A stretch of DNA of 49,539 nt from Octopus bimaculoides (Eukaryota). Made by a program: the position numbers and the translations under genes. The notes under the pieces are model-generated. The model worked only from the letters and a program-made list of their open reading frames with translations. It searched no databases and was not told where the DNA came from. This document shows positions 13,410 through 25,234 of this stretch, in pieces (positions within the stretch are counted from its first letter, which is position 1; each line of letters starts with the position of its first letter). Location: contig NC_068995.1 in assembly GCF_001194135.2 (NCBI RefSeq), positions 5,508,942-5,558,480 of the forward strand, in the 5' to 3' direction.

Positions 13410-13411
<2 letters not shown>
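13083..13411 (-). mobile_element. Non-autonomous Helentron (HINE, DINE-1-like)
   Basis: Minus strand ends in CTCTTGTT (DINE-1-like terminus). Subterminal CCTCCGCCAAGG at 13107-13118 has its partner in the hairpin CCCCGCCTT-CGCT-AAGGCAGAAG at 13388-13410, with an adjacent (CAAA)n microsatellite. Inserted in a (TAA)n tract with no TSD. Confidence 0.75.
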
Positions 13412-13460
<49 letters not shown>

Positions 13461-13855
13461 GAAGAAATAAAAAGTAGAGAATAAAAAAAGGGAGGAGAAG
13501 AACAATAACAGCAAGGAGACGAAGAGTAAGAAGAACAAGCAATAGAATGAACGAGAAAATGAAAAGAACAGGAAAAAGAAGAAATAAACAAGTAGTTTTA
13601 CTGGATACAGAAAAGAATTATAAAGGATACGGCTTCCGAACGAAATGGTATTGCTCTCGGAGAGAATGTAGATGTCACGTGTTTGATGGTTTAACTCATC
13701 ATTAAACTATAGCACCACTAATTAAAAGATATTTACTTTGTCTTTGCATATATTCATTTAAACAGTAATCAGCTTAATATTCTGTCTTGAAATAATCACT
13801 GTAATTTAAACAGCGGAACTTCTGTCACTTTAGCTGAGGAGTTGCTAAAGATATC

Positions 13856-13900
<45 letters not shown>

Positions 13901-16700
13901 CAGTATTGCCTGTAGCAACACAATGTGCGTCCATTAGAATCATTGTTTCTTTCTTTTTTAATTATCATAAATGAAAGGGATCCACCAGAGCAGTCATTTG
14001 ACCTCCAAAATATAACAGTCAAACTGACAATTCCCTTAGACTATATCGTACCGTTTAAAAAAATGGAAGATCACATTGGAGGATATAGTTCTAGATAAAC
14101 TCCTTCAAATTGCATGCACAAGCACTGCTAGAATACTTTTAATCATAGACTGATCACAGGCTAAATGGCACCCAATATCGGCAGTTAAATTAACAACAAT
14201 AATCAAATGTTGAATTTTCAAAGCGTGGATCTTTGGGGGTAAGATTGAACATATAAGCTTCCCCACCAAAAAAAAAAAAAACAACAACAAAAAAAAAACA
14301 AATAAAAACCTCCTTGCAAAATCTGCTGCCGGATTTGAACTCAAGCTCTACTAAACTGACCGTTCTGCGTTGTAATTTTATAACCATTTCGTACTGGCTC
14401 ATGGAGCTTCACTTAGTTGTCACAACAAAATTAAAATTTGAATTAGTCCTATTATTGTAAATATTATTAATGTCATATACTTAATGCATGCCTTTTGCTT
14501 AAATGCTTTTAGGCTATGGTACTTCGTTCAGGGGAAGTCCCTTTAAGATGTCGATTGCTAAAACAAACACTCCATATTTTAAAACTAGGCCGTAGGTGAA
14601 CGAGAACAGTAGATGTCGGTATTTCGCTGCTATCTCGCCCCTCATCGGTGCCGAATGCACGCTGCACCCTCGAAACAAACACAAATTGTAATTCTGAGCC
14701 GAAAAACCTATAAACAAAACGATACATTAAGCATTTGATATCAATTATGTTACTTGTTAAGAAGTCCTATGTTATAACTGAACTGTTAAACCTCACCAAT
14801 TCCTTCATTGTCAAGAATCCCAGCAAACCTGCTCCTTAATAAATCAGACCACATCAGGTCCCTGATTGAACAGCATCAGCAGATTGGAATTATAATCCAC
14901 CATACTCCCACCCATTCTATNNNNNNNNNNNNNNNNNNNNNNNNNNNNNNNNNNNNNNNNNNNNNNNNNNNNNNNNNNNNNNNNNNNNNNNNNNNNNNNN
15001 NNNNNNNNNNNNNNNNNNNNNNNNNNNNNNNNNNNNNNNNNNNNNNNNNNNNNNNNNNNNNNNNNNNNNNNNNNNNNNNNNNNNNNNNNNNNNNNNNNNN
15101 NNNNNNNNNNNNNNNNNNNNNNNNNNNNNNNNNNNNNNNNNNNNNNNNNNNNNNNNNNNNNNNNNNNNNNNNNNNNNNNNNNNNNNNNNNNNNNNNNNNN
15201 NNNNNNNNNNNNNNNNNNNNNNNNNNNNNNNNNNNNNNNNNNNNNNNNNNNNNNNNNNNNNNNNNNNNNNNNNNNNNNNNNNNNNNNNNNNNNNNNNNNN
15301 NNNNNNNNNNNNNNNNNNNNNNNNNNNNNNNNNNNNNNNNNNNNNNNNNNNNNNNNNNNNNNNNNNNNNNNNNNNNNNNNNNNNNNNNNNNNNNNNNNNN
15401 NNNNNNNNNNNNNNNNNNNNNNNNNNNNNNNNNNNNNNNNNNNNNNNNNNNNNNNNNNNNNNNNNNNNNNNNNNNNNNNNNNNNNNNNNNNNNNNNNNNN
15501 NNNNNNNNNNNNNNNNNNNNNNNNNNNNNNNNNNNNNNNNNNNNNNNNNNNNNNNNNNNNNNNNNNNNNNNNNNNNNNNNNNNNNNNNNNNNNNNNNNNN
15601 NNNNNNNNNNNNNNNNNNNNNNNNNNNNNNNNNNNNNNNNNNNNNNNNNNNNNNNNNNNNNNNNNNNNNNNNNNNNNNNNNNNNNNNNNNNNNNNNNNNN
15701 NNNNNNNNNNNNTAGAGGCGAAGAACAGTAGAGGGAATAATGAGAGGGGGAGATAGATATACATATATACATATACATAAATTTATATATCTGCATATCT
15801 ACACACACACATACACGCAACACACCTTACAGCTATTTCCATTCATCTGCGTTTTATGAGCCCCTTTCGCTCATCCCTCTCCCCTCACATATCTATTACT
15901 TCTTGCTTTCAACCTTATGACCCAGAACTAAAAATAAAAAACCGAAAGACCCCACTAAAGTGTCAATTTTCCCCTCCTTTGAATACTTTTTTCATCCCCT
16001 TTCATCCTTTCTTCTCGAAGAACCCCATTCGTATCATTTACCGCACTTAATCACTTCCTTTCTATAGAAAAAGGAGACTTCATATTACGGACACATTGTT
16101 CACATGGCTTTTTTTTATGTTTTATTATATTGCTAACACTTTTAAGCTGCATCACCTGCAATACTGACGTAGATTACGGCCTGATTCTCTGTAAAACTAT
16201 TAGTGATAACATATATATCGGTAAACACGAATGTGTAGAAGCCTCGTTCTCGATATAGTAAAACGAATTTAACGCCATACAACGCGTTGAAGAATTAATA
16301 AAATTCAAGGCTGTAATGTGTGACACAGAATGGGAATAGGAAATTGTGATTCAAAATGTGTTAAATGCAGTTTGTAATCGTAGGAGTAAGTAGAAATACT
16401 ATTTCAAGCGTTCCGTTGGTGCTAATACCACATTACTAGGTTTCAATTACAAAGATTAGAAAAAAAAAAAGAACCCTCGAGCAAAACAAAGATCTATGCA
16501 TTATTCTAGACACAAAAATGGCAATACATACACATGCATTAACAGCACATTCATACAATACGTGCAGATATGGATAAAATTCAATCTGATCTACCTAGCT
16601 GGCTATCATACGATATATATACACACAATCAAACATATGATATTCAAATATAAATGCCATAAGTATGTGTAAAAATTATATGTATGTTTGTATGTATGTA

Positions 16701-17014
16701 CAGTGGCGGACTGAATCTAAAAATATTGGTTGCCAGGAGACTAAGGGATCCCCCACCCACAACTACAAGGGGGCCCACCAGCAACTACAATGCTATCATT
16801 TAATTTTATTCTTTTTGTTAAAAGTATTCTTTTCAACTGTCTAGAAACACCGCCAGGCTGAAATAATCAATACATTCTTCGAGAAGTGAATAAAAAGTTC
16901 TCAAATTTGAGTGGATGGCCCTTAGATACTAACATGGGCCCCTGTATATGGATTCTAATGGCGCAGGGGCCCACTTGCCATCAGCAAGCTGGAAATCTGG
17001 CTAGTCCGCCACTG
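16701..17014. mobile_element. hAT-type MITE with perfect TIRs and 8-bp TSD
   Basis: TIR CAGTGGCGGACT (16701-16712) / AGTCCGCCACTG (17003-17014), 12/12; flanks TGTATGTA at 16693-16700 and 17015-17022. Confidence 0.9.
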
Positions 17015-18250
17015 TGTATGTATGTGTAATGTCTATTTTTATATTTCTAACTATTGAATACTAAATATATATGCGTATGTATGTGCATGCACATGTCTAT
17101 TTGTGTGTGTGTATATATATTTACATGAATAGAAGAAATAGAATCCAATACTTATACATATATACGCACACAAAAACACAGATACATACATGCACGGACA
17201 TGTAACACATAGATGTGCATCGCAATATGTTTGAAATATGTGCACGTATGTGTGCGTGCCTTGTGTTCACGCACACACATATGATGTGTATATTCAAGTT
17301 CAACACTCCACGTGAACAAGTGTTTTGCTTCCTATTCAGCACTTAAAGAAAGCACTTGATTAACTTTTGTAGATATTACAACAATACCAGAAACGTCAAC
17401 AACAACATCATTAACGTCAACAACAGAGGTACAGAAGACGACGACGGACTCGGCGATAATATTTTAAAGCAAAAACAGAAAGTCTTCAAGAAGAGCAACA
17501 ACAATCATTGAATCGTGAATCATCAACCTCAGGAATAACAACGACCTTAGCGATGAACAACATAAAGCCGTTCAAAAAACGGTAAATAGAAACCATCATT
17601 CTCCTTCTCCAACAATGGCAGCAGAAATATTGGTGATATAAAAGTTGTTGATATTTTTTCACTAGTTGTCTTCCAGTTCTAGTTTTCGCGATTACACACA
17701 TATATTTGTGCACATATGTGTGTGGATGCACGCACGTACGTACACACAGAAACCCACAACTATACAACCACACACACACATATATATATATATATATACA
17801 TATATATATACAGACGCGCGCACACGTATGTACAAATGTGTATATATATGCATACACACACACGTATATATACTTATATATATATATATATATAAGTATA
17901 TATATATATATATATATATATACCCCCACGTATATATATATATANNNNNNNNNNNNNNNNNNNNNNNNNNNNNNNNNNNNNNNNNNNNNNNNNNNNNNNN
18001 NNNNNNNNNNNNNNNNNNNNNNNNNNNNNNNNNNNNNNNNNNNNNNNNNNNNNNNNNNNNNNNNNNNNNNNNNNNNNNNNNNNNNNNNNNNNNNNNNNNN
18101 NNNNNNNNNNNNNNNNNNNNNNNNNNNNNNNNNNNNNNNNNNNNNNNNNNNNNNNNNNNNNNNNNNNNNNNNNNNNNNNNNNNNNNNNNNNNNNNNNNNN
18201 NNNNNNNNNNNNNNNNNNNNNNNNACATATATGTAGTCACACACAACACA

Positions 18251-18298
<48 letters not shown>

Positions 18299-18459
18299 AT
18301 TGTTCTGTGTTACATCGTTTACTAAACTATATTCTTTTCTGCTTTGTTCTATTCTTCTAATCTGTTATTCTCTGTTCTCATTTTTTTCTCTTTCCATTTT
18401 CTCCTATACCGTTTGTTTATTTTGATAGAATTTCTTCTTTTGTCTCACTCAATAAACCA

Positions 18460-18785
18460 ATTAATATTTACTTAAGATAAACAATAGAATAATTACTGCT
18501 TTCCTCACTCGTCAACGCCAAGAATTTTCAAGAAATCTTTCTAATTTCCAAGTAGCTACTTGGTCGACGATATCTCCACTAACCTTATCATTATTTCCCA
18601 GAATACCAACCAAATTGAATTTCACGCTTCATTGCTCATGTTCAGTCGCCATATTGTTGTTTATAACTACAGAGGAAGCCTTCACATGGTTATTTAATTT
18701 GGTAGAAATAACAGCGATGGATGCCTTAAATTTTGACCTGTGCTTAAGACAAAAATCGAAGAGTGAATTTGTATGAGGTAACTCT
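18460..18785 (-). pseudogene. Degenerate coding-like segment, possibly a Penelope-like retrotransposon ORF remnant
   Basis: About 105 codons in one minus frame with only 2 stops (…KFKASIAVISTKLNNHV…ATEHEQ*SVKFNLVGILGNNDKVSGDIVDQVATWKLERFLENSWR*RVRKAV); the antiparallel plus frame is also open. Family call from memory only. Confidence 0.3.
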
Positions 18786-18789
18786 AGAT

Positions 18790-18900
18790 CAGTAGTCTTC
18801 AACCGGGGTCCACATGGGCCTTTGGGGTTCATATTACACTTGAGGTCTATATGATCCTTGCAAGTCCATATGATATTTGGGACTCCATATAAGTTTTTGT
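18790..18900 (+). mobile_element. hAT (Charlie-like) MITE fragment, one end only
   Basis: Starts CAGTAGTCTTCAACC directly after CTCTAGAT (Charlie-type NTCTAGAN target), followed by about five degenerate GGGGTCCATATG subrepeats. Confidence 0.5.
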
Positions 18901-18914
18901 TGATACAATTTATC

Positions 18915-18970
18915 TATAATAATCCTTTCTATTATAGGCACAAGGCCTGAAATTTGTCGTCCCCCAAAAG
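18915..18970 (-). mobile_element. SINE family A, 3' end fragment
   Basis: TAATAATCCTTTCTATTATAGGCACAAGGCCTGAAATTT matches the family 3' end. Confidence 0.8.
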
Positions 18971-19029
18971 ATGACAGACAAAACCGAACTCGCATATTCG
19001 ATCTAGCTTCAGCAGGATAAGTGTTTTCC

Positions 19030-19290
19030 GATTTCACACCTGTATTGTACCAGTACTATTCTCGTAACGACGCGTTATTGCACTTGAGCTGCACCAGCAC
19101 AACTGCTCTATTGCTCTTATACTGCAGTTGTGCTGCTGCCGTGTTGCTGCGGTCCAACTTTTGTATTACTGCCATCGTGCAGCTATGCTGTCCTTGTGTT
19201 ACTCCGGTTTTGCCTCCGTACTACTGCTTTACTACTTTCATCCATCTAATGTACTGATTCCGTGCTGATGCCATACTTTTGAAGCGTTCT
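19030..19290. repeat. Highly degenerate CTG/TAC-rich low-complexity tract
   Basis: Recurrent ACTGC, GCTGC and TACT subunits. Confidence 0.5.
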
Positions 19291-20262
19291 ACTTTCAGAT
19301 TCTTCAATTAAACTTCACAATCCACAATTTCCTTTACTGAAATTCTATTCAGAATAGTTTTACATATTTAAAGAATATATCAAGCTTTCGTAATCAAGAT
19401 TCAGAATTTAAACTCCGTAATTGCGTTAACGCTGTTGTTATTTAACTCCAGGAAAATACTTAACAAGCGAACCTATAATCAACTGTGATTGGGCAGATGC
19501 TTGCAAATCTTTTTCTTTTATTTGTTTCTGTGAGGAATATTGTATTAAGGACCACTTCACTTAAGTGTCGCTCCTTTTTTCAAGATGGCTATCAGTAATT
19601 TGAGGGACATTTATCTGATATTTGTAGCAGCTTCATTTGTCGCAAAGAGAATTCATCGTTTAATTTCGGTTGTTATTAGTATTGTATTTTATTGTTGTAA
19701 CATACAAATACATAAACGCACATCTGTCCTCATATAAAATACCTAACACCCGACACCCTCGGTCACAATTAGTGACAATTGAATTTTTTCTTTTTCGTTT
19801 TATAGTGTGTATAGCTGCCTTTGTTATTTTATGATTTTCACAGTAGCATTTGGCTGAATTAGCCATAGATTGATATGGTAAATTATTCTGACAGTAAGGA
19901 TTTCACCAAACCAATCAGCGTTGTGGGGTGGTTATCTCACCTGTCTGTGTATGAAAATGTTCTCTCTTGCGGATTCAAGGGTTTTTAAACTATTATTTCT
20001 AGTAATATAAGTGCTACACGGCACCCTCAGTTACAATAAGTGGCAAGTCATTTTTTTCATTTATGGTTACACACACGCGCGCGCACACATATATATATAT
20101 TTACAGAGTATTGATTGAAACAGCTGTAAGTGAAGATAATTTATTTGTTGTTAATAATAAACAATTATTAACTTCCGAAATACCTATCTTATCTGTCTCT
20201 TTACGCCGAACCAATGAATTGCCTCGACGTAAATAAACTTTCACGTTTTTCAAGTGGTACGA

Positions 20263-20302
<40 letters not shown>

Positions 20303-20443
20303 GATACAAGTTTTCTCTAACAAGGCCCGGGACTATAGTAGTTGGACTTAACCAAAACCACGAGATCGCTCAGTGAGCTTCTTAACTAATAGAGGCGTGC
20401 TTGAACATATATAGTTTCATGGTCACGTGTGTGCATATCTGTG

Positions 20444-20513
<70 letters not shown>

Positions 20514-21435
20514 ATCACTGTGTGCACTTGATGGTGTGTGTATTTATTATTTTCGAACCTAATGTTACGAAAGATAAGATCCTTACGGGAATGGAGAGAC
20601 TTTGTTTTTGTTTTTTTTACAAATAAGGAAAAATAAAGTATAAAAAAGATAAAATAAAACCATGAACGGTTTCTTTCGAAAGCATATTTCTTATAACATT
20701 ATTGCTAATGGTTTCGCTAATACAATTGTGAAATAATAACAAAAATAAAAAGCCAATGTTGTTTGAAAGAAGTCGTTACAATCTTTAACTCAAAATGTCA
20801 ATGATTGTAAAAGAATTGAATCAGATGAAAGTAGTAAAAGCAAACATAATTTGCTTTATCATTGAGAGAAATGGTGGATTTGCTGAGAGAAAAGAGTCAG
20901 ATACAAAAGTAAATTAGAATGAAGCGAAAAAGAAAATAGACAAAATTGCGTATAAGGCATGTCAACGTCAAAGTCCCAATTTAAAAACCAGCAATACTTA
21001 AATAAACTTAAACCGAAACTTCACAATCGTTCATTGTAAATATATTCTATATGATACATCAATACATAAACCAAATGAATGGATACACAATAGAGATGTT
21101 GAAATTACTTCATATTTTTTAACTGTTTTAAAGTATTCTATAATTTTCTCCTTTTTTTTAAAATTTTTATTTATATAAAAGGTAATTAGGAAATCTTTGA
21201 AAGCATAAGATAAACAAGATTCCGAAACCATTATTCGCATTCTTTACAATGGCAGCAGCAGCAGCAGCAACAACATTTGCAGCAGCGACTGCGGTAGCAA
21301 GCACATGCTTCAATGAAATCCGTTAACGTATCGACCAAGTTTGAAAAACCATTGTTTTACACACAGTGCACGTAACATGTGTGTATGTGTTTGTGTCTAC
21401 GTATATGAGTGTGACAGTACTATGAGCGTATATAA

Positions 21436-21529
<94 letters not shown>

Positions 21530-21886
21530 GTGTGAGTAAGTATGTAAGATTATATGTATATATTATCAGAAGCACATCTAAATATATATTGATAGAGAGG
21601 CGTACATGCAAAGATATCGTTACACAGAGACAGACAAACAACATTTACTGGAAGCCATTTTAAGCATTGATATTGTTTAAAATATCGAGAAGCACAATAA
21701 TGCAGTTAAATCTAGTTTGACAACACCTTTCATCTGATAAATACACAAAATTTACAGTAACTATATGCGTATGTTCGTGACTGTATGTATATTTATATAT
21801 GCTTACATTTACGCACACATTATACATACATACATACAACATGAATGCATACATGTATTTATGTTTGATTTTTGAGCACATGTATG

Positions 21887-21927
<41 letters not shown>

Positions 21928-22682
21928 TCACACACACTCTCACACATATATATATGGGTGTGTGTTTGTGTATATTTATATACATATATAAAATTTTGAA
22001 TGAAGAGTGCCAATGAGGTCTTTTAATGTATGCGCATGGTATCTCTTGCAACATTCTATTGTGTGGGTGTGTATACTCATGTGTATTTTGTAGTGAATGC
22101 GTATGTCTATGTGTTTGTATGTCTGTATGTATGTATGTATGTTTATGTATGGCTGTTTGACTGCATTTGTTCGCCAAGAAATGTGGCTTTCTATCGCTTT
22201 GATGTAATTCTTTGTGGTTTATGCGTTTCACAGAGAAATTACGTACAGAAATCTTATTGTTTCAATCGTTTAACAGAATGTGTAAAATATATGTCATATT
22301 CAATTGATGGAAACACGAGAAAGCACGCACAAACCGGCGCCATTCTCCCCACCTCCCTCTCTCTCTCTCTCTCTCTCTGTTTCACACATTCATGTGTGTA
22401 TGTATATATATGTGTGTGCGTGTATGCGTGAGAGAGAGAGAGAGAGATGGAATGAGAGGCAGTGACTTGAGAGATCTCAATAGAAACAAGAGGAAACAAT
22501 ACAATAATTCAATTATTGTATGGAAACAATTTTTGCCTGAATCTCAATAAATATTAGAGGTGTATAGCAAGTAGAGTGTGTTTATCGTATGTAAACATCT
22601 GCACATCCGTCACATATGCGTATGCAGAATATCTGTCTATCAAGACATTCGTTCAGACGTGCGTCGACTTAAACATACATAC

Positions 22683-22686
22683 ATTC

Positions 22687-22778
<92 letters not shown>
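22683..22778. repeat. (TA)n microsatellite
   Basis: Directly visible. Confidence 0.98.
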
Positions 22779-22782
<4 letters not shown>

Positions 22783-22839
22783 ATACGCGTAGAAATATGT
22801 ATATATACACAGGTAAGCATTCATGCGTATGCAACAGAT

Positions 22840-22976
22840 TCGGAGTGTCTTAAAGCTGTTGACTTCGCTTCTACTCTTTTTTGTGGTCAGTAAAATAATA
22901 CCAGTCAAGAACTGGGGTAGATGTAACAGATTAGCCCTCTTCACCCCACATTTTAGGCCTTGCGCCTAGAAATGAA
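22840..22976 (+). mobile_element. SINE family A, diverged 3' part with (ATT)n tail
   Basis: GTTGACTTCGC..AAAATAATACCAGT..ACTGGGGTAGATGTAA..AGGCCTTGCGCCTAGAAATGAAT followed by (ATT)n. Confidence 0.7.
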
Positions 22977-23012
<36 letters not shown>

Positions 23013-23014
<2 letters not shown>

Positions 23015-23165
23015 GACGTCGCTCAGTATACAATATCGTGAGGTTGTTGATTGAAAATATTGTGTCTACCGGGGATTTGTACTGTTTGTCACAACAAGTT
23101 CCTCAGACAGTACTTTGCGCAATATGCGTACAGTTGCAAGTAATGCCGACTTTTGCAATACACCA
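23013..23165 (-). mobile_element. R4/Dong-type LINE 3' end (subfamily 1), 5'-truncated
   Basis: Minus strand reads GVLQKSALLATVRILRKVLS (the LQKxALLGTAxILRKVL C-terminus of RLE-bearing LINEs), then a UTR ending ATTGTATACTGAGCGACGTCT-(AAT)n. Confidence 0.75.
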
Positions 23166-23173
23166 TTATTATT

Positions 23174-23330
23174 AAGGCGACGAGGTGGCAGAAATGCTTA
23201 GCGGTATTTCACCCGTCGCTGCATTCTGAGTTCAAATTCCGCCGAGGTTGATTGGAACACTGGGGTCGATATAATCGACTTACTCCTTACCCCCAAATTC
23301 CAAGCCTTGTGCCTATAGTAGAAAGTGTTA
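23174..23330 (+). mobile_element. SINE family A with internal deletions
   Basis: AAGGCGACGAGGTGGCAGAA head, GAGTTCAAATTCC B box, 3' GCCTTGTGCCTATAGTAGAAAG. Confidence 0.9.
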
Positions 23331-23334
23331 CTAT

Positions 23335-24160
23335 TATTAATGATATTTCGCTAGTCGTATTATTTCTGTGTGCTTTCACCGCAATATCGAATAACAGGTA
23401 TGTCCAGTGTATTAATTTGGTTGGTTGGTTCTATTACGTCTAATAGAAATCTTGTACGTAATGCATGCAGTGCTGCCTTGTAGTGTTATTTTCTGTATTT
23501 TGTGCATATTCATAAAACCAGAGTCTTTGTTATTTATTTCTCTTGTGTGATTTTATTCACCCTAATGCACCGATTAACATAGATATTCTTTCTATTTTCG
23601 CTCCCCATATTCTATTTGAAATATTCATTATCGTTTGTTGGAACTGATTCTTTGGTTAGGAGGCGCCTTTTTTCCTGTTTTTCTTTGTCTCCAACAACCA
23701 ATAGATAAGCCTTGATTTTCGTCTTTATGGCATTGTATATCCCAGACTATTGTAGTTTTTTTTCATTCACGGATATCGTTTCTAATGTGTGCTTATACCA
23801 GCTCCTAATACTGCCATAACTTCCAATGGATAAAAGTTCCAACTCCGTTACGTCTATGGGTATATTCGTTCTTATCTAAAACCAGTGAGCCAGATACAAT
23901 GCAGTTAATTGTATCTCCGTATTTCCGCCATATTCACTTATTCTGTAGTTAATTAACGTATTCGGCTTCATTATGTGCTTTTGATGTTTGCTACTGATGA
24001 AGGTTCGAACCTGTCTTGCAATTAAGTAGTCTTCAACCTGTACTGAAGTTTTGTCTAATATCACCCTGATTAGTTTTGGCAGAATTTGAACAAGGGGGGG
24101 TTTCTCATGCAATTCGTAATTCCAATTTTATATTTGATTTTAACTTTTTCACAATTGCTT
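23335..24160 (-). pseudogene. Degenerate R4/Dong-type non-LTR retrotransposon 3' fragment (CCHC knuckle and RLE region)
   Basis: Frameshifted minus-strand peptides in the expected order: LHEKP.., EDYLIARQ (EGFLIAAQDQ-like), KHQKHIMK, NEYTHRRNGVGTFIHWKLWQY (YxxRHDxVxxxIHWKLC), WYKHT..NEKKTTIVWD, EIKA..VVGD, LIGALG, KIQKITLQG. A 3' UTR ends in a TAA-rich tail near 23335. Confidence 0.85.
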
Positions 24161-24164
24161 CTCC

Positions 24165-24375
24165 TCCGAATGGCCGAATCATTAGAGCGTCGGATAAAAT
24201 GCCCTGTTGTATTTTTCTGGCTGTTAATGTTCTAAGTTCAAATCTTATACATTTTCGTCATTTCGGAGTGAATAAAATAAAGTATTAGCCAAGTACTGCG
24301 GTTAATGCAATCGACTTTTCCGTTCCACAAGTATTCCAGGCCTTGCGCCTGTAAGAAATTTGTTAAAAATTATTA
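24165..24375 (+). mobile_element. SINE family A, old diverged copy
   Basis: GGCCGAATCATTAGAGCGTCGGATAAAATGCC head, TAAGTTCAAATC, GCAATCGACT, CAGGCCTTGCGCCTGTAAGAAA. Confidence 0.75.
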
Positions 24376-24559
24376 TTATCGGTAGTTAGGAAGTTGATAA
24401 AACTGCGACAATACCTGTAATGAAGGTGAGGTGGAAGAGTGCAGAGAGGAAGGTAAAAGATTAAAGTGGTGGTAGTGTGAGTAACAGTGGTGGTGGTATT
24501 AGTTGATGCTAATGACGGTGGTGGTGGCAGTTGTTTACATTGGTGATACATATTTCAGA

Positions 24560-24767
24560 TAATAATGATCTTAATGTTTAGCAGAAGTCCAGCAATTTTG
24601 AGAGAGAGTTAAGTCATTTACATCGACCCCAGTGTACAACTAGTTCTTACTTCATCAACTCCGAAACGATGAAGGAATTTGAACTCAAACATAAAAATGG
24701 ACGGGATACGAAATACCACTAAACATCTTCTCCGGTGTGCTAATGAGTCTGCCAACTTGCAGTCTTA
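24560..24767 (-). mobile_element. SINE family A (unit 1 of tandem trimer)
   Basis: ACATCGACCCCAGTG, GAATTTGAACTCA, GTGCTAATGAGTCTGCCAACTTG. Confidence 0.8.
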
Positions 24768-24798
24768 ATAATAATAATGATAGGGATGATAATAATAT

Positions 24799-25016
24799 TA
24801 ATCCTTTCTACTATAGGCACAAGACCTGAAATGTTTGTGGGAGAGGACTAGTCGATTACATCGACCCCAGTATTTCATTGGTATTTAATTTATCGATCCC
24901 GAAAGGATGAAAAGCAAAGTCGACCTCGGTGGATTTGAACTCAGAACGTATAGATGGACAAAATACTGCTAAGCATTTCGCCCGGCGTGCTAATGTTTCT
25001 GCCAAGTCACCGCCCT
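24799..25016 (-). mobile_element. SINE family A (unit 2 of tandem trimer), full length
   Basis: Near-consensus match from TAATCCTTTCTACTATAGGCAC to CTGCCAAGTCACCGCCCT. Confidence 0.92.
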
Positions 25017-25030
25017 AATAATAATAATGA

Positions 25031-25232
25031 TATTTTCTATTACAGGCACAGGGCCTGAAATTTGGGGGAGCGGGATACTCGACTCCAGTACTCAATTCGT
25101 ACTTAATTTATCGACCTCGAAAGGATGAAAGGTAAAATCGACCTCTGCGCAATTTGACCTCAGAACGTAGCGACCGGCGAAATACCGCTAAGTATTTCGT
25201 CCAGCGTGCTAACAATTTTGCCAGCTCGCGCC

Positions 25233-25234
<2 letters not shown>
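25031..25234 (-). mobile_element. SINE family A (unit 3 of tandem trimer), full length
   Basis: Match from TTTCTATTACAGGCAC to TGCCAGCTCGCGCCTT, followed by an (AAT)n tract of about 20 units. Confidence 0.9.

Noticed and set aside
14509-14727. GC-richer island with open frames on both strands
   Set aside because: No recognisable protein and ambiguous splice sites; it may be conserved non-coding DNA but I cannot support that.
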